Source of the DNA: Nemertoderma westbladi
Taxonomy: Eukaryota; Animalia; Xenacoelomorpha
Direction of reading: 5' to 3'
Length of the DNA: 45,519 nt
NCBI GenBank assembly: GCA_032718475.1
Contig: JAUCBJ010005107.1
Coordinates: 1-45,519 of the forward strand
Below the pieces are notes generated by a model. The model was not told the DNA's origin, made no database searches, and was given only the letters and a program-made list of their open reading frames with translations. Below, piece by piece: positions 35,601-45,519 of the stretch. The translations under genes were made by a program, and so were the position numbers. Position 1 is the stretch's first letter; each line of letters opens with the position of its first letter.

Positions 35601-37489
35601 ATACTACTGGACAGATTCTATGGTAGTATTAGGGTGGCTACATAACGAGAAGACATGTTACCCTATATATGTGGTGAACAGGGTGGACGAGATAAGGGTG
35701 ACAACAGATCTGGAAAAGTGGCACTACTGCCCAACCGACTACAATCCAGCAGATCTGCTATTGAGGGGCATTGTACGCCATGCTTTCTCGAGAAAGCAGG
35801 AGTTGTGGCAGCATGGGCCATACTTCCTTAACGATAGGCCGAGTTGGCCACCAATGAGGAAGGTAGACCCAGGTACAGAGGAAGTAACAGTAGAGGAGGA
35901 GTGAGAGGAATCGGAGGGGGAGGAAATATACAGCCAATTGTCGAGGGAGATTAAGGAGGCGCCACCATAACTGAAACCGAGAGAATCATGTGGCAACCCA
36001 ACAGATAGGTTGCTCAGTTACAGCTCCAGCTGGTATAAGACTAAGAAGCTGGTAGCATATCTGAGGGCCTACAGAGATTTCCTCAGGGGAGTTGGTAAGG
36101 ATAGCAAAACGAGACCCACTATCGATCTGGAAGGGGTGGCCAAAGCCGTGATACGATACGAGCAAAGGAAGGGGTACGAGGACGAAGTGAACAGCGTCAG
36201 CAAGCAACAATGCCTTCATCAAGACAGCGAACTCAACGCACTGTCGCCACACAATTGGACGATGATGGGATCCTGGTGATGAATTCCAGGGTGGTAAACA
36301 ACAACAGCCCAGTCATTCCACCGAAACCGATAATAATCCCCAACAAGTCACCAATAGTCTACCAGATCATATGGGATTCCCATAAATCTATACTACATGG
36401 GGGTACTAACCAGACCCTGACAGAGATCCGGAAGACGTTCTGGGTTATCCAGCTCAGAAAGATGGTGAAGGCGGTAGTGAGGCAGTGCCAGACCTGCCGA
36501 CGGACGAAGAAGGTGAGGGCCATATAGGACATGGTGCCATTACCAGCCAACAGGGTGACGCATCACGAGCCACCATTTACACACTGCGGCATGGACATGA
36601 TCGGGTCGATTAAGATAAAGGTGATGCGGCATATGGAGAAACGCTACGGCATTATCTTCGTCTGCAATAATACTAGGGCGGTGCGGATAGAACTAGCCAA
36701 GGATGCTACGGCATCGGCATTTATTAATGCACTAGAGAGGTTTGTAACCTGCAGGGAAGGGACGGTTGAGGTATTATATTCAAACAATGGGACTAACTTT
36801 GTGGGCGCAGAGAATGAGTTAGCCGAGGCCCTCGACATTCTGGAGGGAGATGATGTCAGGGTGGCAATGAGGAAACACCTTATAAGGTGGGAAAGGAGAA
36901 CACCATATGCGCCACATACATTAGGCTGTGTGGAGCGGCTTGTGGGAAGCTCCAAACGACTATGACCAAACTGATGAACAACCACATGGTCACGGAGGAC
37001 GTATTGAGGACGGTGTTAGCAAAATGTGAGGGGATTATTAATAGCCGACTGCTATACCCCAAGAATGACGACCCAGAATCACTGGATGTCCTCACACCAG
37101 CACACTTACTCATGGAGAGACCAGCGACGATTGACATGCGAAGTGTGGATCCAGATGATATACGTTCGCGTCAAAGTTGGAAAGTCGCCAAGGCAATAAG
37201 CGCAGAGTATTGGACAAGGTGGATACAAGAGTACCTCCCAACACTACATAAGAGGAGTAAATGGAGGAACAGTCACAGGGAACTAAAGAAAGGTGACTTG
37301 ATAATTGTCACAGATGACACAATTATCAATAACCAGTGGAGACTAGCTAGGGTAGTAGAAACCTACCCCGACGAGGATGGAAGGATTAGATCCGTGGAAG
37401 TAAGGATCGGAAGAAATATAGGGGCCAAAGAAAGGAAGACCTACAGGAGGGTGGTAGGAAAGTGTTGCCTATTGGAAGGGTCGCCTTAG
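32689..37489 (+). pseudogene. gag-pol: Second BEL/Pao gag plus pol (protease, RT, RNase H, integrase), disrupted
   Basis: Capsid LPPVEPFKFDG...; knuckle CHRC..GH...C; protease LVDSGA. RT YLPLH...KLRMVVNAS...SLNDYL..GP and YVDD (34933-34944). IYDPLGL and WHYCPTDYNPADL. Integrase H..GG...CQTC, PFTHCGMD, SNNGTNFVGA, and C-terminal WTRWIQEYL...DGRIRSV. Confidence 0.93.
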
Positions 37490-37622
37490 AGTTGAGTCGT
37501 CCAAAAAATAAAATAGTAAGCAAAATAATAAAATAAGTACTTAGTACCAAGGTACGCTGTATTTAGAGGGGGGGGGACAAAGCCCCCCCCCCCCCCCCTC
37601 TTTTAACAACCAACTATATAAC

Positions 37623-37929
37623 AATCTATTAACAACAAAACACTGCATTTCATACATTTCAAACATATCATTTCATACTTTTCATATTATATTACATATC
37701 ATCGTAATTCTGAATTCTGATACTGCAACACTCCTGTTGCGCCGCTAACACCGTTTTTTACTGTTTTATACTATTATTAGCTGTTGTTATACATTAATGG
37801 ATGTTATATTTGGAGAATACTGATGAATAATCGTTAAATCCCCCCTTAACTTTCTTAATTACTGAGGTAAGCAGAAGGGTGTATCAGTAGCAATTGTGGC
37901 TTAATTTATTGTGGTCTGTATGAATTTAA
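37623..37929 (+). repeat. Partial 3' LTR of element 2
   Basis: Aligns to 25272-25571 with scattered differences. Preceded by a G-run/C-run and cut off by the Gypsy fragment. Confidence 0.88.
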
Positions 37930-39770
37930 AGCAGTAAAAGCGACCTCAGACGAGGACAAACTATCGCTCCTTACAAACTATGTTTCTCATTCTATTTTTG
38001 ACTACATTTCCGAGATACACGGAAACAATCTTCATCTGAAACACTGGATGAATATTTACAGCAACTGCGTGGTCTGAGTAAAAATTGCGCTTTTAAAGCT
38101 GTAACAGCGGAGGTAAACCAGGATGAACACATTCGAGACGCATATATTTCTGGTTTGTCATCCAACTTGATACGCCAACGTCTTCTAGAGAATACAACTC
38201 TCGACTTAAACACTGCCTATGAACAGTCACGAACCCTTGAACATGCTTTAAAATATTCGGAGGCTTACAATTCCCAGCCAAGCGGTGCAGTAGGCAGTTA
38301 CAGTCTGGCTCTGGCTCCAAATCGTTATGAAGTTTCAAGGGATTACAGCTTGCCCAGTATTGGTCGACAAGATCTTGGTGATTCAGGAAACGATCCTCCA
38401 AACACATCGGCATCTGTAACAGTAAAGAAATGTTACTTCTGTGGTGGTAAACTGCACCCCGGAGGACGTGAATCGTGTCCAGCTAAACATACCGACTGCC
38501 TCAACTGTGGAAAGACTGGTCACTTCGCCAAGGTTTGTAAGTCTCAAAGTAAGAAGAAACATGGTGTTTCTGCCTCTGCTTCTGCTACTCTGGCTACTAT
38601 CGGTGCTCCAACCTGCTTATCGGGGAGTTTAGTTGATGTTATGATTAAAAAGAAACCGTACAAGGCATTGATCGATAGTGGAAGTTCTGAAAGTTTCATT
38701 CACCCTAGTATTTTGGGTAAACTTACTGTGAAGAAAGCAAACTTTGACATTAACATGGCTACAGTTTCTGAAACTAAGAAAGTAAATGGTTTCTGTGAAG
38801 CCACATTAGTGATAAATGGACAACATTATAACAAGGTTAAATTAGCTGTACTGCCTGATCTTTGTTGCGATATGATTCTAGGTAAAGATTTTATGCAGCG
38901 CCATTCAAATGTGGTATTTTCTTTCATTTCTGAACCCAGGGTTCATTTTGGGAAAATTGTTGCAAGCTGCCCAGCAAAAAATACCACAACTGATACACTT
39001 CCAGAAGCAACTCTTGTTGCACAAAGTTTATTCTCCAATCTTCAACCTAACTGTGTTCCCATAGCAACCAAATCTCGTCGGTTTGGACATTCAGAGAAGG
39101 ATTACATTGCTAAGGAAATTGATAAACTTCTGAAGGATCAAGTTATAGAACCCAGTTCATCACCATGGCGAGCTCAAGTTCATGTTGTTCCTGAAACGGA
39201 TCATCATAGACGCCGCTTTGTTGTTGATTACTCTCAAACTATCAACAAATATACACAACTTGATGCCTAATCCGGTTCCCCGTATAGATGATCTAGTCAA
39301 TGAAGTATCAAAGTACAAGTTCTATAGTTGCCTAGACCTAAAAAAGCGCATATCCTCAAATTCCTATTCCTAAAGAAGAAAGACTTTACACTGGATTCGA
39401 GGCAAACGGTTCACTGTATCAGTATACACGTATACCTTATGGGGTAACTAATGGTGTATCTGTATTCCAACGAATTATGGATAACTTGATAAAAGAAAAC
39501 AATATCAAGGCTTGCTTTGTCTACTTAGACAATATTACAATCTGTGGTATGACACAGCAAGAACATGTTGACAATCTCAATAATTTCCTAGAAACTGCCA
39601 GGAAGCACAGTCTTACTTTCAATTTCAGTAAGTGTGGATTTTCCAAGAATTCAATATCTATGCTCGGGTACGAAGTTTCTCTTGGTTCACTTAAACCTGA
39701 TCCTGAAAGGTTGGAACCTCTCAGAAACCTTCCTCTTCCTACAAACAATAAAGCCTTACAGAGGTCGATT
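37930..39770 (+). mobile_element. Ty3/Gypsy internal fragment (gag, protease, RT), disrupted, no LTR visible
   Basis: Knuckle CLNCGKTGHFAKVC, protease LIDSGS and ILGKDF. RT PSSSPWRAQV...DYSQTINKYTQLDA, PYGVTNG and VYLDNI. Contains a stop and a frameshift. Confidence 0.9.
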
Positions 39771-40237
39771 GTGTTCAATGTTCTTTTATGTTAATAACGA
39801 ACCTGCCTATTAATAGGCCAGGGCAGTTCTTGTCAAGAGTTGAGCCGTTTAAAAACACGATGTGTGTGGTTGTGTGTGTATAACCATCCAATATCTCAAA
39901 AACTCAAGCAGGTACGCAAAAATTTTCATAACAAACTCTCCATAAATTTTGGTTGCGCACAAGACTGTATATTTTTTGTGGAGTTTCGATCACGGGGTCA
40001 CTGAAAAATAGCGGTTTTGAAAATTTAAAGTCGAATTTCACCGATTTCAACTCGTCGAGTATGCACCAACTTTTTTATTTGAGATATTCAGTCATCTGAG
40101 CAACATATTTGAGCCTCAGAATCTTTTCAAATATCGCCAATCTCGCACAGAACGTCGCCAAAATTTGTTAGTCCGGCAAAAAAACGCACAAATTCGTCTA
40201 AAAGAGTAAATTATTTGATTGCAGAATAATATGATTC

Positions 40238-40676
40238 AACTAGAAAAGCCAGCCAGCTGGCTGTAAGGAGACCGTCCATAGACAAACGTATTGTTAGTTG
40301 TGTCCCTCGTCATTCCTTATCATCAACTCCCTCCCACCTAACAGCAGTGAGTAACCTTATAGATTATTGTCATTGGATTCACTGGGAAGAGCTATTCATC
40401 TGGTGGGGTAATAACAAACTTACAGTTGATGTTTGATTACTGTCTGGGTTAGAGTGAGATAGTAATCAATTTGGCAATAATATACTTCTTTGCAGTTTGG
40501 GCCTATCCATTCAATAAATAGTAGTAGCTTACTAGGCCCACATGAGTACCAGCAGCTGGTGTTTCTATCGTTGAGTTGAAGGCAATTATCGTGTTTTCAT
40601 TTTCGCTCACTCAGGGTACTGCGGTGCTGGTTTGAGGGGCAGGTTCGTTTAAAGCCAGCTTGCTGGATTTCTAGTT
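40238..40676. mobile_element. Short element with imperfect inverted ends, each a GC hairpin plus CTAG (Helitron/Helentron-like or MITE)
   Basis: aactagaaaagccagccagctggct ... agccagcttgctggatttctagtt. A related end occurs at about 4488-4555. Confidence 0.5.
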
Positions 40677-41482
40677 TATTGTACATGTGCAAAAATTAAT
40701 ATTTTATTGTTATTCTGGTCTGGCAATTACAGGCCCAACAGGTCTAACCTAGGCATGCATATATCACTGCACTTAGGCCATGCTGCACTTCTTGTTGATT
40801 CCTGCTCTGTCTGTACTGCTGTATGCAGGTACCTTATTCCTGTATTCTGTATTCAGACATTGTACAATCAGACAATGATTCATTGATTGCAGTAGGGTGG
40901 TAGTGGTAGGTACTGCTGCAACCTGGTAACTGCTGAACTCAGAACTGGCACGGCTGTACGGTATTGCTCAGTTGCTGTATTCAGGTAGGCCTATTGCTGT
41001 ATTGCCAGATTGCAGTATTGAGCAGTCTGGCAATTGAGATATTCAATATTCAGATATTGATCTTAGATTCTTTATAATTTCACAATGTGAAAGTATGGTT
41101 TAAAATGAGCATTAGAAATAAAATATAACTGAAAGCAGCACAAAAGTAAAAATTACACCGAGACGGAGCAGTGATTAACTAAAATACAATATAAGACGGC
41201 GCTTGTCTGCTTGTGGCTTGTGATGTTAAAAGTATATGTGATACCTAAAGTTGATAATATTAGATCATTTGCCTCTCTAGATACTGAGATACATTAGGCT
41301 GTTAGGTAAATGGCTGAATGGCCAGCTTGAGCGTGGTTGAAACGTAGCTTAGTTGCGGGCAAGATCTGTAGTGTTCTATCGAAGCAGCAGGTCGTGTGCA
41401 GAGCCAGCAGACACACAATTCTTCGGGTCTCCAGCAGCTTAATTTATTGCAGAGTTTATGATGGTATCCGTCAGTCGGTGAG

Positions 41483-41570
41483 AAGTCAAAAATTGGACTT
41501 CAAGTCCAATTTTAGACTTCAAGTCCAATTTTGGACTCCAAAGCTGCAAAGTCCAATATTGGACTTTAGT
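41483..41570. repeat. Tandem palindromic ~19-bp units (AAGTCCAATTTTGGACTT)
   Basis: Four imperfect self-complementary units. Confidence 0.8.
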
Positions 41571-42008
41571 ACAACTCCAAGTGTACACATGCTGCCATAC
41601 CGGTAGGCCTACTGTATATCGGTATTTAAATCAAAACTGCATCCCGTATCAGTACATATATATTACATAATTACAATGCAACATTATTTTAACGCAATAA
41701 TTTTTATTGTCCGTTTAAATCCTTTTTTTGTCCTTTTTTTTTATTTTTTATGTCCTCCAAAAATCTAATGTTAGGTTCCATGCTGCCGGTTTCTCTACTG
41801 CTGTTCTCTCAGGCTATCTGTACCGGTATTAGTATATATAGCACTATTTTGCTGTATTGTATGTACAGATGTAGATGTAGGTATAACAGTATAAAGCAGG
41901 TATTTCTGTATTTTAGTAACGGTACCGGCACCGGTACTGCTGTAGGCCTACTGTGTAGCCTACCATTTAAATACGGTACTGGCAGACTGGTAGGCCTAAC
42001 GGCTGACC

Positions 42009-42710
42009 GGTTGTTTTGGTTAGAAAATCCCGCCTGTGTAACCTGCTCCTTTCCCCCGCCTCTGTAACCTGCTCCTTTCCCTCAATTAGTTAAGTGATCG
42101 TTTATTGTTTTGGTTAGGAAATCAACGCCTCTGTAACCTGCTCCTTGCTCTCAATTGGTAATGTTATCGTTTATTGTTTGGTTTGAAAATCCCGTCTCTG
42201 TAACCTGCTCCTTTCCCTGATTTGGTAAAGTGACTGTTTATTGTTTTGGTTAGAAAATCCCGCCTCTGTAACCTGCTCCTTTCCCTCAATTAGTTAAGTG
42301 ATCATTTATTGTTTTGGTTAGGAAATCCCGCCTCTGTAACCTGCTCCTTTCTCTCAATTGGTAATGTTATCGTTTATTTGTTTTGGTTAGAAAATCCCGT
42401 CTCTGTAACCTGCTCCTTTCCCTGATTTGGTAAAGTGACTGTTTATTGTTTTGGTTAGAAAATCCCGCCTCTGTAACCTGCTCCTTTCTCTCAATTGGTA
42501 ATGTTATCGTTTATTGTTTTGGTTAGAAAATCCCGTCTCTGTAACCTGCTCCTTTCCCTCAATTAGTTAAATGATCGTTTATTGTTTTGGTTAGAAAATC
42601 CCGCCTCTGTAACCTGCTCCTTTCCCTGATTTGGTAAAGTGACTGTTTATTGTTTTGGTTAGAAAATCCGGCCTTAACCTGCTCCTTTCCATCAATTGGT
42701 AATTGTTTTT
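42009..42710 (+). repeat. ~60-bp tandem satellite upstream of TCP1
   Basis: About 11-12 units of ttgttttggttagaaaatcccgcctctgtaacctgctcctttccctcaattggtaatgttatcgtttat-like sequence, with three recurring variants. Confidence 0.92.
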
Positions 42711-43442
42711 GGCTATAAAATGAGTGTTTTGCTACGTCATGTGGTAATCAATTATCGACAACAACCACAAACTATTAAATTTAGTGTCTTTTACAACAGG
42801 CGCATATGGAATTCTATCTCATAGTCTAGTCTATAAATCATGGAATGTTTTGGCACAGGCATAGTGAAACCAACTGTCCGACAGACCAGAAATAAACAAA
42901 TTTTGAATGTTTTGGCATAGGCATGTTGAAATCAACTGTCTGACAGTCCAGAAATCAGCAGTCTGACAGTTTGAAGAAATACATACATAAAAAGTCATTA
43001 AAAGGACAACAAAAGTCATTAAAAGGACAACAAAAGTCATTATGCACAATTCGTAAAAAAAGGAGGACAAAAAAAGTCAAATAAAAGGACATAAAAAATC
43101 ACTGCCTTATTTTAATGATTAAATTAATTATAAGCAGGGATCGCACACGTACAGTCAGACATCAGTAGTTACTTTTTGCGGTGGTGGTATGGCTTTGCGG
43201 CGGTCCTACGAATTACCACTGCCTTAGCGGTGTATACCGCGGTAGCGCGGTAGCGGTAACTTGGCTGCTTGGTGTGCTTTGGCCAGTACTGCAGTAGGCA
43301 GCCCAGACTGCATATTCCCCTTACAGCCTTATTCTGATAGCCTCTAACAGTATAACAATTCAGATTATTCCATATTCCATATACATATATTAGACTTTTA
43401 GGCCCTACCGGTAGGCGGTATATAATTTAGCAAAAAGATACA

Positions 43443-44267
43443 ATGGATTCCGATACATCAGCAGTGCTTTCGATCGGGGGAGAGCGAACAACCGGTAACA
43501 CAGTTCGCTCACAGAACGTTATGGCGGCTTGTTCCATCGCGAACATCGTAAAATCTTCCCTGGGTCCCGTCGGACTCGATAAGATGCTGGTTGACGACGT
43601 CGGTGACGTCACCATCACCAACGACGGCGCCACCATCCTCCGACTCCTAGAGGTGGAACACCCCGCCGCCAAGGTTCTAGTGGAGTTGGCTCAGTTGCAG
43701 GACGAGGAGGTGGGCGACGGAACTACCAGCGTTGTAATAATCGCAGCCGAGTTACTCAAAAACGCCGATGAGTTAGTCAAACAGAAGGTTCACCCGACCT
43801 CTATAATCAGCGGTTACCGTCTCTCCTGTAAGGAAGCATGCGCTTACGTTAAGGATCATCTCACCATGAATGTCGATGAGCTTGGCCGCGATTGTTTGAT
43901 CAATTGCGCTAAAACCTCGATGAGTTCCAAACTGATCGGGGCCGACGGAGATTTCTTCGCTAACATGGTTGTGGAAGCCGCGAACGCGATTAAAGTAACC
44001 GACGGAAAGTTCACTCGCTACCCGATAAAGGCGATCAACGTCCTCAAGGCACACGGGCGTAGCGTCCGCGAGAGTCGGTTGGTGGCCGGATACGCACTAA
44101 ACTGCATCCTCGGATCCCAACAGATGCCAAAGAAGATCGTCAATGCAAAGATCATCTGCATTGATTTCTCACTTCAGAAAACCAAAATGAAGATGGGAGT
44201 TCAAGTTCTGGTAACGGACGTCGATAAATTGGAAGCGATTCGGAAGCGAGAGGCCGATATTACTAAG
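43443..44267 (+). CDS. TCP1: T-complex protein 1 subunit alpha (CCT-alpha), first coding exon
   Basis: [52 protein letters not shown] and KTSMSSK...READITK. 275 codons end at a phase-0 donor AAG|GTAAGG at 44268. The rest of the gene was not found in the window. Confidence 0.96.
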
Positions 44268-44522
44268 GTAAGGTAGAAGGTAGAGGCCGATATAACTAAG
44301 GTAAGTTGTAAGGGAGAGGCCGATATTACTAAGGTAAGGTAGAAGGTAGAGGCCGATATAACTAAGGTAAGTTGTAAGGGAGAGGCCGATATAACTAAGG
44401 TAAGTTGTAAGGGAGAGGCCGATATAACTAAGGTAAGTTGGAAGGGAGAGGCCGATATAACTAAGGTAAGTTGGAAGGGAGAGACCGATATAACTAAGGT
44501 AAGTTGGAAGGGAGAGGCCGAT
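44250..44522 (+). repeat. 33-bp tandem repeat (8.3 units) spanning the TCP1 exon/intron junction
   Basis: Unit GAGGCCGATAT(A/T)ACTAAG|GTAAG(T/G)T...AAGG(G/T)A. GT donors at 44268, 44301, 44334, 44367, 44400, 44433, 44466 and 44499. Confidence 0.95.
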
Positions 44523-44523
44523 T

Positions 44524-45403
44524 TGTCCTTATTTCTCAAACGTGTGTTTGTTTATTTGTACACACAACTTCTTGTGCACTTAATTTTGATGGAATTGGAT
44601 GAAACTTTGATGGATGATAGTTCATTATCGGACCTAGTTGTGGAATGCAAGGTTTATTTCGGCATTTTGGTCACTACTAGCAACTACTACTGGGATCTAT
44701 ATTCTAGATCCTATAACGCAATCGTTCAGTACCACACTGAACTGAACTGAACTGAATAAATTAGTAGCTAAATTAGGACGTCCGATTTTATGATTTTTTA
44801 TATTTAGCATAATATGCTATAATATCCTTTATTGACGGACTCCCCCTAGTGATCTTAACGTAAATAAGCTTGCCAGCCGAGAGATGGCAATGTGGACGGA
44901 TCCATTGCTATCAATATTGTTGTATTAATTTTCGCGCCTATGCAAGGAAGCCTAATAACGAAAAACGCAAAACGAAACAGTGGGCAAAGTACCGTCTGTA
45001 CAATACAATTATTATTTTATTGTTTGTTGTAATGAATTACGCGCATAAGCAGGGAGCAGCCTAATAAGTAATAACGAATGAGAACCCAATAGTTGTCAAT
45101 GTGGAGCAGACAGCTCTCTCAATTACACCGCTACTTACTTACTTCCACACTGAACCTCCAATAGGATGTTGTCTTGGCAACGATATTCGGGATTGGCTAG
45201 CCAGTATGATAATAGTAATATAGTATAAATGTATCTTCTACAATTCTAAACGAAATAAAGCGAAATTTTGCATAAAGCATGTCCAATAGGTGCTCCCTGC
45301 GGGGTGTCAGTTTCATCCAATTCCATCAACATTAAGTGCAAGAAGCTGTGTGTACAAACATACAAACAAACACACAAACAAACACGTGTGAGAAATAAGG
45401 ACA
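44524..45403. repeat. Inverted pair (~80-90-bp arms) of a dispersed repeat in the TCP1 intron
   Basis: 44524-44605 (tgtccttatttctc...gatggaattggatgaaac) is the reverse complement of about 45310-45403. Confidence 0.8.
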
Positions 45404-45519
45404 TCAGATGGATCCGTCCAATATATAAGTAGAAATCAAAGGCTATGAAGTTTGGCCCGGGGGGGGGGGGGGGGCGACTATGTCATACATACGTGCTCTT
45501 CTATCGGGATCTCCTGAGT

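Larger units (their letters stand above)
24945..37929 (+). mobile_element. BEL/Pao LTR retrotransposon, element 2 (older, two gag regions, 3' LTR truncated)
   Basis: 5' LTR TGTAAAAGC...GCGCGAACA. Leader and gag1 are homologous to element 1. BEL-order pol (PR-RT-RH-IN) is followed by a partial 3' LTR. Confidence 0.88.

Noticed and set aside
23332-39770. The two Gypsy fragments as halves of one element split by element 2
   Set aside because: They are on opposite strands, host-like duplicated DNA (24641-24944) intervenes, and the RT fragment interrupts the 3' LTR of element 2 rather than the reverse.
43443-44276. TCP1 as a truncated processed pseudogene ending at the TAG
   Set aside because: The ORF is undamaged and homology stops exactly at a phase-0 GT donor, so an intron is the simpler reading. 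Downstream exons were not found in the window, so this is not fully excluded.
42009-44522. 60-bp and 33-bp arrays as CRISPR arrays
   Set aside because: The units are contiguous with no unique spacers, there are no cas genes, and the context is eukaryotic.
44201-44539. Minus-strand repetitive ORF (LTLVISASP)n
   Set aside because: It is the antisense reading of the 33-bp tandem repeat.

Overview
This is AT-rich eukaryotic (probably invertebrate animal) genomic DNA, mostly a nest of transposable elements between two host-gene pieces. These are a terminal exon with seven zinc fingers (5965-6581) and the first coding exon of TCP1/CCT-alpha (43443-44267). One BEL/Pao LTR-retrotransposon lineage dominates and occurs three times. 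(i) A solo LTR with TSD AATCT (5157-5850). (ii) A very young 11.8-kb non-autonomous element (8631-20461, minus strand; near-identical 1236-bp LTRs; TSD CATAG; open 1376-aa Gag-protease ORF without RT/integrase; decayed unknown 3' ORF), nested in a CCCAG-ended DNA transposon. (iii) An older element (24945-37929) with gag1, the unknown ORF, a second gag and a full but broken pol. Also present are two Ty3/Gypsy fragments, Helentron/DINE-1-like repeats, a tRNA-derived SINE and several minisatellites. Four leads stand out: both BEL elements lack a tRNA PBS but carry a co-varying 11-13-nt complement of the PBS position inside their own LTR (candidate Tf1-like self-priming); one element has two gags plus an unknown accessory ORF; two independent insertions lie about 52 bp apart in paralogous copies of one target; and the TCP1 exon/intron junction is repeated eight times, giving eight competing splice donors. 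All comparisons were made by eye and no database searches were run.
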